From assembly GCA_964513645.1 (NCBI GenBank), contig CAZENF010000002.1, positions 142,072-206,071 of the forward strand: a stretch of DNA of 64,000 bases, written 5' to 3'. Below are positions 46,679 to 55,441 of the stretch, piece after piece. Source of the DNA: an uncultured Candidatus Saccharibacteria bacterium. GTDB taxonomy: Bacteria > Patescibacteriota > Minisyncoccia > 2-02-FULL-40-12 > GWA2-44-9. How positions within the stretch are numbered: position 1 is the stretch's first letter; each line of letters begins with the position of its first letter. The notes under the pieces were generated by a model. That model had not been told where the DNA came from. It was given only the letters and a program-made list of their open reading frames with translations, and did no database searches. A program made the position numbers and the translations under genes.

Positions 46679-48973
46679 ATGGTTTTTATGAGACTTGAAG
46701 ACCTCGACATTTCACCCAGTAAAATAGGTGAAACTGCAAATAGAGTTTTGGAGAGGGCTTTTGAAGAAGTTCGTCGACGGGAGCACGGTTTTCTTAACAC
46801 CGAACATTTATTCTTAGCCTATATCCAAACAGAATGGGATTTCTTTGCCGAGGTGATGCGGGACTTAGAAGTTAACCCCAATACTATTTTGCGGGCAATA
46901 GAGGAACATATGGATCGAGCCCCGGCTTCTAAACGTGAACCAAAAGTATCCCCTTCGGTTAAGCTTATTCTCAAGCTTGCCGTGCATAATGCTTCAAGGG
47001 CAGGAAGGTCGCAAGTAGAAGCATCCGACCTTTTTGGTGCTATCTTTGAAGAGACCCAGGGTCCGCCTGTATCAATTCTCCGACGTCATGGCGTTGAGCC
47101 GGATACTCTTATATCCCGAGTAAATTCCAGGATGCGTGACTTTGAACTCCGACAAGAGCGTCTGAAGAAAAAGTTCGAACTCCCACCGTTCCTTAAACAT
47201 TTCGGCACGAATCTTAATTTGCTTGCTCGTCAGGACAAAATACCGCCCGTATATTTCAGGGAAAAGGAAATTAGTCAGGCCATGGAAATTCTGTGTCACC
47301 GGGAGCGGCCCAACTCGGTCATTCTTATCGGCGAGCCCGGGGTCGGCAAGACCGCGGTTGTTGAAGGTTTGGCGAGTAAGATAGAGCTCGATCCGTCAGG
47401 TGTGCCGCTAAGACTAAGGGATTGTCAGATCGTAAATTTGGCCATGAATACCATGGTCGCCGGAACAATGTTAAGAGGAATGTTTGAAGACAGGATACAA
47501 AATGTTATTCGGGAGATCAAAGAAAAACCTAACCTCATTCTTTTCATCGATGAAGCTCATACTATGGTCGGGGCGGGTTCGGCTCTTGGTGCTCCAACTG
47601 ATGCGGCTAATGTTTTTAAATCAGTTATGGCTCGAGGAGAAATAAGAATTATTGCCGCTACAACCCTGACAGAGTACAAGGAATATATAGAAGAGGACGA
47701 GGCTCTTTCCAGAAGGATGAAACCTGTAATGGTAAGAGAGCCGACGATAGATGAGACCCGTAAGATCATATACATGCTCAAAGGCAGACTCGAAAGGAAT
47801 TACTCGGTAAAATTTACCGATGAAGCCATTGAAGCGGCTCTTGAAATGTCTCCCAGATATCTTCGGCATCTTCGTTTGCCGGACAAGATCGTCGGCTGGC
47901 TTGATACCGCTGCTGTCAAAGTTGAAATGTCAAGAAAATTGGAAGTTAAGCCCGAGAATATTATTAATGTTATTTCAGAGGCCTCACGAATCCCGGAGAA
48001 TATGGTTTTCAGAAATGTAAGTGAACAGTTCAAAGATATGGAACAAATTCTCGGTCGTAGAATTGTCGGCCAAAGGCATGCGATAGAAAAGGTTTCAAGC
48101 ACGATACGCCTGAACAAAGGACCGCTCAAGGACGGCTTTGATCGCCCCGACGGAGTTCTGCTATTTCTCGGCCCGACCGGTGTCGGCAAAACAGAATTAG
48201 CCAAATCATTGGCTGAATTTCTTTTTGGTGATGAAAAAAGGATGATTCGGATAGACATGTCAGAATATCAGGACGGCTCTGTCTCGGTAGACAAGCTCAT
48301 AGGTATGCCCCGCGGCATAGTCGGCTCTCAAAGAGGTGGCATTCTCACCAACCAACTTAAGGATAATCCTTATTCGGTAATTCTTCTGGACGAAGTAGAA
48401 AAAGCGGCTTCGAGTCTGTTGAATCTTTTTCTGCAGGCATTTGATGAGGGCTGGCTTACCGACGGACATGGCAAAAGAGTTTATCTTAGCGACGCGATTG
48501 TTATTATGACATCCAATATTGGTTCGAGATTTTTCCAGACCAACAAATGCGGTTTTTTAAGCAACAAGACTGATTTGAATCATGTCAAAGGCGATGTAAT
48601 GAAAGAACTTAACAAGCATTTTAGCCCCGAATTCAGGAACAGAATAGATGAGGTGATTATGTTTTCTCCCCTAACTCAAGATGAGGTAAGTGAAATTGCT
48701 AACAAATATATTAAAAAGACCGCCGATGTTTTAAAAGCAGCTGGAAAGACTCTAAAGATAACAACCGGTGCTTTTGAACATATAATTACGAACGGCCACA
48801 GTCATCAATTTGGAGCAAGGTTTTTGAAACGCTTTATAGACGATAAAATAAAAATTAAAGTTAACGACAACCTTAATAAAAATAGCTTTTTATTCGATAT
48901 TGGTCAGAATGGCGAACTTTTATTTGAAGCTGACGGACCTGAACTGCAAAACCGGATGATGGCGATGACATAG
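46679..48973 (+). CDS. ClpA/ClpC-type ATP-dependent protease ATPase subunit
   Basis: Clp N-domain (TEHLFLA); GEPGVGKT + FIDEAH; GPTGVGKT + LLDEVEK; CGF putative ClpP loop; start 46679 or 46688. Confidence 0.9.
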   Translation: MVFMRLEDLDISPSKIGETANRVLERAFEEVRRREHGFLNTEHLFLAYIQTEWDFFAEVMRDLEVNPNTILRAIEEHMDRAPASKREPKVSPSVKLILKLAVHNASRAGRSQVEASDLFGAIFEETQGPPVSILRRHGVEPDTLISRVNSRMRDFELRQERLKKKFELPPFLKHFGTNLNLLARQDKIPPVYFREKEISQAMEILCHRERPNSVILIGEPGVGKTAVVEGLASKIELDPSGVPLRLRDCQIVNLAMNTMVAGTMLRGMFEDRIQNVIREIKEKPNLILFIDEAHTMVGAGSALGAPTDAANVFKSVMARGEIRIIAATTLTEYKEYIEEDEALSRRMKPVMVREPTIDETRKIIYMLKGRLERNYSVKFTDEAIEAALEMSPRYLRHLRLPDKIVGWLDTAAVKVEMSRKLEVKPENIINVISEASRIPENMVFRNVSEQFKDMEQILGRRIVGQRHAIEKVSSTIRLNKGPLKDGFDRPDGVLLFLGPTGVGKTELAKSLAEFLFGDEKRMIRIDMSEYQDGSVSVDKLIGMPRGIVGSQRGGILTNQLKDNPYSVILLDEVEKAASSLLNLFLQAFDEGWLTDGHGKRVYLSDAIVIMTSNIGSRFFQTNKCGFLSNKTDLNHVKGDVMKELNKHFSPEFRNRIDEVIMFSPLTQDEVSEIANKYIKKTADVLKAAGKTLKITTGAFEHIITNGHSHQFGARFLKRFIDDKIKIKVNDNLNKNSFLFDIGQNGELLFEADGPELQNRMMAMT

Positions 48974-48988
48974 AGAGATAGTCACGAC

Positions 48989-49009
48989 AAGCCCTTTTCA
49001 GGGCTTTTT
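48989..49009 (+). terminator. Intrinsic terminator
   Basis: AAGCCCT-TTTC-AGGGCTT then T-run. Confidence 0.65.
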
Positions 49010-49061
49010 AGTTTGTAAAAATGCCGAAAAAATGTTAAAGTTTGTTGTAAATTAAAGCATT

Positions 49062-50591
49062 ATGACAGAGCATAAAGACGTAAAAAACGGGACAAAGACC
49101 AGGCCGCCGATCGTGGTTGTTTTGGGTCATGTTGACCACGGCAAAACTACCCTCCTCGACACTATCCGCAAAACCAAAGTGGCCGAAAAAGAATCCGGAG
49201 GTATCACCCAGCATATCGGCGCTTATCAGTCCGAGATCAATGGCAGACTGATAACATTTTTGGATACGCCGGGCCACGAAGCTTTTACCGCTATCAGATC
49301 CCGCGGCGTGAAAGTTGCCGATGTAGCAGTTTTAGTAGTGGCGGCCGATGAAGGTATTAAACCTCAAACCAAGGAAGCCATCGGTATAATTAAAAATGAA
49401 AACATTCCCGTTATCGTTGCGATAAATAAGATAGACAAAGAAGGGGCGAATGTTCAGAAAGTAAAACAGGAACTGGCTGCCGAAGGAATTCTGACCGAAG
49501 ATTGGGGCGGTAAAGTTCCGGCCGTGGAGATATCAGCCAAACAAAACCGTAACATCGACGACCTCTTGGAAATGATAATCTTAGTCTCTGACCTCGAAGA
49601 CCTCAAAGAAGATCTTTCTTTGCCGGCCGAAGGGGTAATTATCGAATCTCATCTCGACAAGAACCGCGGATATGTGGCGACCGCGCTTGTTCAAAAAGGC
49701 ACTATCAAACCCGGAGATTGGATAGTGGTCGGAACCGGTATCGGTAAAATAAAATCAATGGATGATTTTACCGGAAAAATATTAAGTCACGGCCTCCCCT
49801 CCCAGCCGGTAAGGATAATTGGCTGGTCTTTTGCTCCCGGCATAGGCCAAAAATTTATCACCTCAAATTCTAAAGATGACGCCGAAAAAATATCCGTCGG
49901 CAACAAGGACCAGGCCCCGCTTTTCCAGCTCTTTAAGGAAAAAGGCGCAATAGAAGAAAACAAGAAAACCCTGAAGATTATTTTTAAAGCCGATGTTGCG
50001 AGCTCACTCGAAGCGATAGAAGCTGCTCTGGGATCGATAGCTTCCCAGGAAGTCGTTTGCCAGGTTGTCGGCCACGATATTGGTAATATATCCGAGAATG
50101 ATGCAAAAATGGCGGCCGGGTCAAAAGCCCAGGTTATCGGCTTCAGGGTTTCAATCGATGCTTCAGCTAAGAAATTATCCGAAAAAGAGAACGTAAAATT
50201 AACAGTCTTCGATATTATTTATGAGCTTATAGAATATGTCCGCAAAGAAATGGGTGATCTTCTCGACCCAGAGATAAAAAGGACGGCCTTGGGCCGACTT
50301 AAGGTTCTGGCTATTTTTAAACAGGATTCGAGGTCACAGATTATCGGCGGCAAGGTTGTTTCAGGTAAAATAAGCCGGGGTTCTTTGGCCGACGTTTTAA
50401 GGAATAACAATAAAATTTTAAGCGGCAGGATAACTCAACTCCAGCACAACAAAGAAGACGTTCAGGATGTCAAAGAAGGATTTGAGTGCGGATTGAAGTT
50501 CGAACCTATGAAGGACCAGCCAAGCTGGGATATTAAAGAGGGAGACGTTTTGGATATTTATAGCGAAGAAAAAATAACCCGCTCATTATAA
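49062..50591 (+). CDS. infB: Translation initiation factor IF-2 (short, no N-domain)
   Basis: [39 protein letters not shown]. Confidence 0.97.
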   Translation: MTEHKDVKNGTKTRPPIVVVLGHVDHGKTTLLDTIRKTKVAEKESGGITQHIGAYQSEINGRLITFLDTPGHEAFTAIRSRGVKVADVAVLVVAADEGIKPQTKEAIGIIKNENIPVIVAINKIDKEGANVQKVKQELAAEGILTEDWGGKVPAVEISAKQNRNIDDLLEMIILVSDLEDLKEDLSLPAEGVIIESHLDKNRGYVATALVQKGTIKPGDWIVVGTGIGKIKSMDDFTGKILSHGLPSQPVRIIGWSFAPGIGQKFITSNSKDDAEKISVGNKDQAPLFQLFKEKGAIEENKKTLKIIFKADVASSLEAIEAALGSIASQEVVCQVVGHDIGNISENDAKMAAGSKAQVIGFRVSIDASAKKLSEKENVKLTVFDIIYELIEYVRKEMGDLLDPEIKRTALGRLKVLAIFKQDSRSQIIGGKVVSGKISRGSLADVLRNNNKILSGRITQLQHNKEDVQDVKEGFECGLKFEPMKDQPSWDIKEGDVLDIYSEEKITRSL

Positions 50592-50600
50592 CTATAAAGT

Positions 50601-50823
50601 GGCGGCATAGCCAAGTGGTAAGGCAGAGGGTTAAGTCTGTCCCGATTGCGAAGCAATTGCGGATCCACGATTTTTGTAAAAATTTGTTTGGCCAGGTAGC
50701 CAAGCAGTAAGGCATCGGTCTGCAAAACCGATATACACGGGTGCAATTCCCGTCCTGGCCTCCAAATTTTTGCAAAAATCGAGACAAAACTCCTATACGC
50801 CGGTTCAATTCCGGCTGCCGCCT
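50601..50823 (+). other. Outer tRNA-Cys split at the anticodon (halves ~50601-50639 and ~50785-50823)
   Basis: Acceptor GGCGGCA/TGCCGCC-T; D-arm GCCAAGTGGTAAGGC; T-arm GCCGG-TTCAATT-CCGGC; CTG|CAAA separated by 145 bp. Confidence 0.85.
50690..50764 (+). tRNA. tRNA-Cys(GCA), nested inside the outer tRNA-Cys
   Basis: GGCCAGG/CCTGGCC-T-CCA; TCGGT-CTGCAAA-ACCGA; T-loop TGCAATT. Confidence 0.92.
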
Positions 50824-50852
50824 CAAGTTTGTAATACAATATATAAAAGTTT

Positions 50853-50936
50853 GCCCGGGTGGTGGAATGGTATACACGCACGACTTAAAATCGTGTGCCG
50901 CAAGGCTTGTGGGTTCGAGTCCCACCCCGGGCACCA
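50853..50936 (+). tRNA. tRNA-Leu(UAA), copy 2
   Basis: CACGA-CTTAAAA-TCGTG; long variable arm; CCA encoded. Confidence 0.95.
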
Positions 50937-50971
50937 AACTAAGCTAATAACTTTCTTAGCTTATCTGTAAT

Positions 50972-51043
50972 GCGTCCGTAGTTCAACGGATAGAGCGCAG
51001 CCCTCCGAAGGCTGAAATGCAAGTTCGATTCTTGCCGGGCGCA
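50972..51043 (+). tRNA. tRNA-Arg(CCG)
   Basis: CAGCC-CTCCGAA-GGCTG. Confidence 0.92.
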
Positions 51044-51052
51044 CACCTGCAC

Positions 51053-51127
51053 AAAAAAAGAACCCTCCGAAGAGAGTTCTCAGAACTTACGTTCTGTTTG
51101 AGAGCCGAAGCTCTCTAATAGGAACTG
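51053..51127 (-). ncRNA. Candidate ~75-nt sRNA
   Basis: Minus-strand promoter TTGCAC-16-TAATAT; three hairpins with UUCG, GUAA and UUCG loops, then U7. Confidence 0.6.
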
Positions 51128-51223
51128 CCTGAATATTAACACCCTCAAATATTTGTGCAAGTCCTATCTGTGGATAATTTGTACCCTATTGATTAATGCA
51201 CTCCCTTCTTTTAAAGTTCCTAT

Positions 51224-51763
51224 ATGGGTAATTTTTATACTGGAAAAGGAGATAAGGGTAAAAGCTATGTTGGAAAAATTTCGGTTTCCAAGACTTGTCT
51301 TGAAGTTGAATCATTGGGCCAGCTCGATGAACTGAATAGCATGCTCGGAGTGTTAAAGAGCCAGAAAATACCAAAAAAATTAAAGAACATCCTTCACGGT
51401 GTCCAGGAAAATCTTTTTATAATCCAATCCCACATTGCCAACATTATGCTGGGTGGAAGTTTCAAGGTACCGGAATTCAAAGAGGTCAAGATTAAGGATA
51501 TGGAGAAGATGATAGACGACATAGAATCAAGATTACCGCCGGTTAAAAAATTTATTATCTCCGGAATTAATCCGGTCTCGGCCTGGCTTGATCTGATCAG
51601 GGCAAAATCGAGAAATGTTGAAAGAAGCGTTTTAAAGATAAAAAAAATAAATAGGCTTGACCAGAATATCAGAACGTACCTTAACCGATTATCAAGTCTC
51701 TTCTTTGCCCTTGCCCGTTACGAAGCCAGAAATGTTAAAGAATCTAATCCGTCATACAAATGA
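51224..51763 (+). CDS. PduO-type cob(I)alamin adenosyltransferase
   Basis: FYTGKGDKG, GQLDELNSMLG, FIISG, RNVER, YLNRLSSLFF. Confidence 0.88.
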   Translation: MGNFYTGKGDKGKSYVGKISVSKTCLEVESLGQLDELNSMLGVLKSQKIPKKLKNILHGVQENLFIIQSHIANIMLGGSFKVPEFKEVKIKDMEKMIDDIESRLPPVKKFIISGINPVSAWLDLIRAKSRNVERSVLKIKKINRLDQNIRTYLNRLSSLFFALARYEARNVKESNPSYK

Positions 51764-52260
51764 TCTGGTTTTTTGTGATAATTTTATTTGTTTTCCTCGG
51801 TACCTTTGCTTATGCGGGTGTTCTTGCCGCGCCCTGGTTCCCGACCTGGTCACGAGATATTGAGAGATTTCTTAAATTAGCTCAAATAAAACCGGGCGAA
51901 AGATTTTATGATCTTGGTTGCGGCGACGGCAAACTTGTTTTTGCTGCAGCCGGAGCCGGAGCAAAAGCGACCGGATTTGAAATATCTCTCCTCCCCTACC
52001 TCATAGCCATATCAAGGTCAAAATATATAAATAACTCGGAAATTAAATTTAAAGATTTTTGGAAACAAAATTTATCCGATGCTGATGTGGTGTATCTTTT
52101 CCTAACCCCCAAAGTAAATCCCCAGGCGAAAATAAAACTTGAGAAAGAACTTAGAAAAGGTGCTCGCGTTATTGCATATACCTGGCCGATAGACGGTTGG
52201 CAACCGGTCATGACTGATATCCCAAAGGATCAACCTGCGATGTATCTCTATGAACTCTAA
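51760..52260 (+). CDS. Membrane-anchored class I SAM methyltransferase
   Basis: N-terminal TM; APWFPT, YDLGCGDGK, ADVVYLFL. Confidence 0.85.
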   Translation: MIWFFVIILFVFLGTFAYAGVLAAPWFPTWSRDIERFLKLAQIKPGERFYDLGCGDGKLVFAAAGAGAKATGFEISLLPYLIAISRSKYINNSEIKFKDFWKQNLSDADVVYLFLTPKVNPQAKIKLEKELRKGARVIAYTWPIDGWQPVMTDIPKDQPAMYLYEL

Positions 52261-52323
52261 GTACGATAGTAAATTAAAGTCATTTTTGGTAGGATAGGCC
52301 CAACTCTATAGGGGAAAAGGTCC

Positions 52324-53163
52324 TTGAAAAAGATAATTTTTCTGGCCTGGTTTGTTTTATTTTCCATCTCTGCCCGGGCTCAAAATTTTGAGATTCTTAA
52401 CCCAACAATTGAACAGGGTGGGGTACTTATCATACATGTTATCTCTGAACAGCAAAGTTCAAGAACCGTTGTCTCTTTTACTGACCGATTTTACCCCGTA
52501 AATCATAACGGCTATGTTTTTATCGGCATTGATACTAATCTTCTGCCTGGTAAATATTCTCTATCTTTAGTTAAGTTTGAAGGAGCAAGAATTATCGATT
52601 CCTCCACACAGGAAGTTGAAGTTAGGGAAAAGTATTTTCCCGAAGTTATTTATGCTTTTAAAAAACCGGCGGCGGAATCTAAAAGACGTGCTAGTGAAAG
52701 AGCTATTTTGGCCGCGGCATATGGTCGTGCGGACATACGTTCAGACAATGCGGAAGGAGTTTATAAAAATCCCCTCGAGGATATGTATGTAACAGGAGAA
52801 TTCGGCAAAAGACGGCGTTACTTAAATGGCGATGTTGTACACGGCGGAGTCGATTTAAGGGCCGCAAAGGGTATCCGGGTTGAGGCCATAAATTCTGGAG
52901 TCGTTCTTCTGGCCAGAAAGAATTTTTCTCTCGAAGGCAATCTGGTCGTTATAGACCACGGTTCGGGAATATTTTCGCTGTACCTTCATCTTTCGAGGAT
53001 AAATATCAAAGAAGGAGATTTTGTCACAAAAAGCCAGATGATAGGTCTATCTGGCGCGACTGGGGATGCGAGAGGTCCTCATCTCCATTTTATGGTCAAA
53101 GTTAACGGAACAAATGTTGACCCGCTTAATTTTATTGATATAATGAATCAGTTCTTTAGATAA
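52324..53163 (+). CDS. M23 family peptidase
   Basis: HGGVD, IDHG, YLHL, GPHLHF; signal peptide. Confidence 0.92.
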   Translation: MKKIIFLAWFVLFSISARAQNFEILNPTIEQGGVLIIHVISEQQSSRTVVSFTDRFYPVNHNGYVFIGIDTNLLPGKYSLSLVKFEGARIIDSSTQEVEVREKYFPEVIYAFKKPAAESKRRASERAILAAAYGRADIRSDNAEGVYKNPLEDMYVTGEFGKRRRYLNGDVVHGGVDLRAAKGIRVEAINSGVVLLARKNFSLEGNLVVIDHGSGIFSLYLHLSRINIKEGDFVTKSQMIGLSGATGDARGPHLHFMVKVNGTNVDPLNFIDIMNQFFR

Positions 53164-53175
53164 AAGGCGTGATAA

Positions 53176-53523
53176 GTGATAAATAATTCCGGCATTGCTT
53201 GTAAGGTTTGTTACCTCGGGAATATTGTGGTTATAACTAAAAGCGCCGGTCAGTATAAGCCGATATCTTGGCGAGAGCATTTTTTTGGAGAAACCCCATT
53301 TTTCCAGAGACTTCTCTCCAGATCGATTTGGCAGAGAATCTTTATCAGGCGCACGGTCTTAGATCGGGCGTCAGAATACCAGATAGTTATTATGCATTGT
53401 AATGTTTGCGGCGTAAAATATGAATTTTTACCTGCAAAAGACTTAACTCCGCCGAAGACAACTATCGGTTCTATTCAGATAAGGCCTGACTTAAATACCC
53501 CAGAAAAAACTAAAAGCCGATAA
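53176..53523 (+). CDS. Hypothetical protein with two CxxC motifs
   Basis: CKVC and CNVC; follows the M23 gene. Confidence 0.5.
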   Translation: MINNSGIACKVCYLGNIVVITKSAGQYKPISWREHFFGETPFFQRLLSRSIWQRIFIRRTVLDRASEYQIVIMHCNVCGVKYEFLPAKDLTPPKTTIGSIQIRPDLNTPEKTKSR

Positions 53524-53540
53524 ATATTGGCTTTTTAAAT

Positions 53541-54452
53541 TTACTTTTTATTATGGAACTTTTCATGAACTTCTTTTAGCTGTTTATCGGTAACGTGAGT
53601 ATATATTTGAGTGGTTGTGACCGAGGCGTGACCGAGCATAGCTTGGACCGAACGGATATCCGCTCCGTTCCGAAGCAGGTCAGTCGCAAAGGAATGCCGT
53701 AAAGTATGCGGAGAGATCTTCTTGCCTAAAATCCCCGCTTTTATGGAATATTTTTTTATTATACGTTGAATACTTCGCGGGGTAAGTCTTAGGTCTGAAT
53801 CCTTTGAGAAGTTTACTGTTTTAGGAATACGGATAAATAATGCCTCGTCAACGTCGGTCCTCTTCTGGACATAATCACTTATGTTTTTTCTGGCGAGGTC
53901 GGAAAGAAATACCACCCGGATCTTTGAACCTTTGCCTCTGACGGACAACTCTCCCCTTTTCAGATCTATCTCATCCCGATTCAGGGAGCAAAGTTCTGAA
54001 ACTCTCATCCCAGTACTGAAAAGAGTTGTAAGGATGGCCCGGTCACGCAAACTATCCAAACTACCATCCTCGGCTGCTCCAAAAAGCCGGCTAAGTTCTT
54101 CTGGCTGAAGAAAAGTAACTTCCCGGTCTTCCTGTTTGCCTAATTCTACCCGCTCGGCAGGGACAGTTTTTATACCTGTTTTGGCCAGATATTTAAGAAA
54201 ATTCCGGAGGGTAATTATGTGATAATTCTGGGTTATTTTTTTGAGTGGCCTATCATTTACGTCCCGTAACCTGTTCAGGTGAAGCCGATATTGACGGACG
54301 AGTTCTTCGTCCAACTGGTTTATATTTTTTATCTTGGCAAAGTTCAAAAAACGGTCCAGATAACGGCCATAATTCTCGAGTGTTTTAAGTGACTTGTTCT
54401 TCTCTATTTCGAGGTACTCGAGGTAACGGATTTTGAGTTCTTTGACATCCAT
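53541..54452 (-). CDS. xerC: XerC/XerD-family tyrosine recombinase
   Basis: RDRAIL..TGMRVSEL, GKGSKIR, PHTLRHSFAT, LGHAS, TQIYTHV; XerC vs XerD not resolved. Confidence 0.9.
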   Translation of the reverse strand: MDVKELKIRYLEYLEIEKNKSLKTLENYGRYLDRFLNFAKIKNINQLDEELVRQYRLHLNRLRDVNDRPLKKITQNYHIITLRNFLKYLAKTGIKTVPAERVELGKQEDREVTFLQPEELSRLFGAAEDGSLDSLRDRAILTTLFSTGMRVSELCSLNRDEIDLKRGELSVRGKGSKIRVVFLSDLARKNISDYVQKRTDVDEALFIRIPKTVNFSKDSDLRLTPRSIQRIIKKYSIKAGILGKKISPHTLRHSFATDLLRNGADIRSVQAMLGHASVTTTQIYTHVTDKQLKEVHEKFHNKK

Positions 54453-54521
54453 GTCGCATAATTATTATAGCACAGTCCATCAGTTGTAAAAATCCCGGTG
54501 ATGTGTTAGAATAGTTTTGTT

Positions 54522-54788
54522 ATGTTATCTACACAACAGAAGACAAAGATCCTGACCCAATATAGGATACACGATAAAGATACTGGCTCTCCGGAAGCCC
54601 AGATTGCTTTATTTACCGAAGAAATTGAGCGTTTAACCAAACACCTCAAAAAGCACGGCAAGGACAACAGCTCCAGGGTCGGACTCCTGAAAATGGTTGC
54701 TAAAAGAAAACGACTTTTAGATTATCTGAAGCGCGAAAATCCCAAAAGGCACGCTTCCATTATCAAAAAACTCGGTTTAGGTAAGTAA
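54522..54788 (+). CDS. rpsO: 30S ribosomal protein S15
   Basis: HDKDTGSPEAQIA, GLLKMVAKRKRLLDYL. Confidence 0.98.
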   Translation: MLSTQQKTKILTQYRIHDKDTGSPEAQIALFTEEIERLTKHLKKHGKDNSSRVGLLKMVAKRKRLLDYLKRENPKRHASIIKKLGLGK

Positions 54789-55327
54789 TGGCCCATAAAT
54801 ACTCAATTCCTCAGCGAAAAAACCACCGGGTTGGTGTTTTTGTCGATGTTCAGAATATGTATCATTCGGCAAAAAACCTTTACGGAGCAAGGGTTAATTT
54901 TAATGAACTCCTCAAGATAATAACCGCAGGCAGGGAACTTGTCAGGGCGGTTGCCTATGTCGTTAAGTCTGACACCGAAGAAGAAAAAGCATTTTTTGAA
55001 GCTCTGGAAAAAGCCGGTTTCGAACTTAAAATAAAAGACCTTCAGATATTTCCGGGCGGCATGAAAAAGGGTGACTGGGATGTCGGTTTAGCCATTGACG
55101 CCATTAGTTTATCCAAACAACTTGACGTTGTCGTTGTGGTGTCGGGTGACGGCGACTTTGAGCCTTTGGTAAACTATCTTAAATTTGACGGTCTTATCGT
55201 CGAAGCAGCCGGATTCAAAAGAAGTACCAGTTCTAAGATCGTTGAAGTAGCTAATAATTTCATCGACTTGGAAGAGGTTGCAGATAAAGTTATACTAAGA
55301 AATAGAAAAAATTTAAATAAATATTAA
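54788..55327 (+). CDS. NYN (LabA/DUF88) PIN-like domain protein
   Basis: VFVDVQNMY, KKGDWDV, VSGDGDFEPL. Confidence 0.9.
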   Translation: MAHKYSIPQRKNHRVGVFVDVQNMYHSAKNLYGARVNFNELLKIITAGRELVRAVAYVVKSDTEEEKAFFEALEKAGFELKIKDLQIFPGGMKKGDWDVGLAIDAISLSKQLDVVVVVSGDGDFEPLVNYLKFDGLIVEAAGFKRSTSSKIVEVANNFIDLEEVADKVILRNRKNLNKY

Positions 55328-55334
55328 TAACTAA

Positions 55335-55427
55335 AACCGACCGAGGAACAGGATGAACGGGGCCTTCCCCTGTGCTCTCCGGAACCGGAGACCATAGGAG
55401 AAAATCTCGTTACTCGTCGGTCAGGTT
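55335..55427 (+). promoter_or_regulatory. Structured leader of pnp
   Basis: Nested pairings GACCGAG..TCGGTC and CTCCGG-AA-CCGGAG directly upstream of pnp. Confidence 0.45.
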
Positions 55428-55441
55428 ATTCTTCGGCCTTT

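Noticed and set aside
50601-50823. Group I intron or bulge-helix-bulge intron in the outer tRNA-Cys
   Set aside because: The insert is mostly a tRNA plus stems with no group I core, and cutting at the 4-bp GTCT/AGAC helix would not regenerate a GCA anticodon arm.
50533-50970. Track ORFs across the Cys/Leu tRNA cluster
   Set aside because: Shadow ORFs of tRNA sequence.
53541-54452. Prophage or island integrase
   Set aside because: Xer-like length and motifs, housekeeping neighbour rpsO, no att repeats or phage genes seen.
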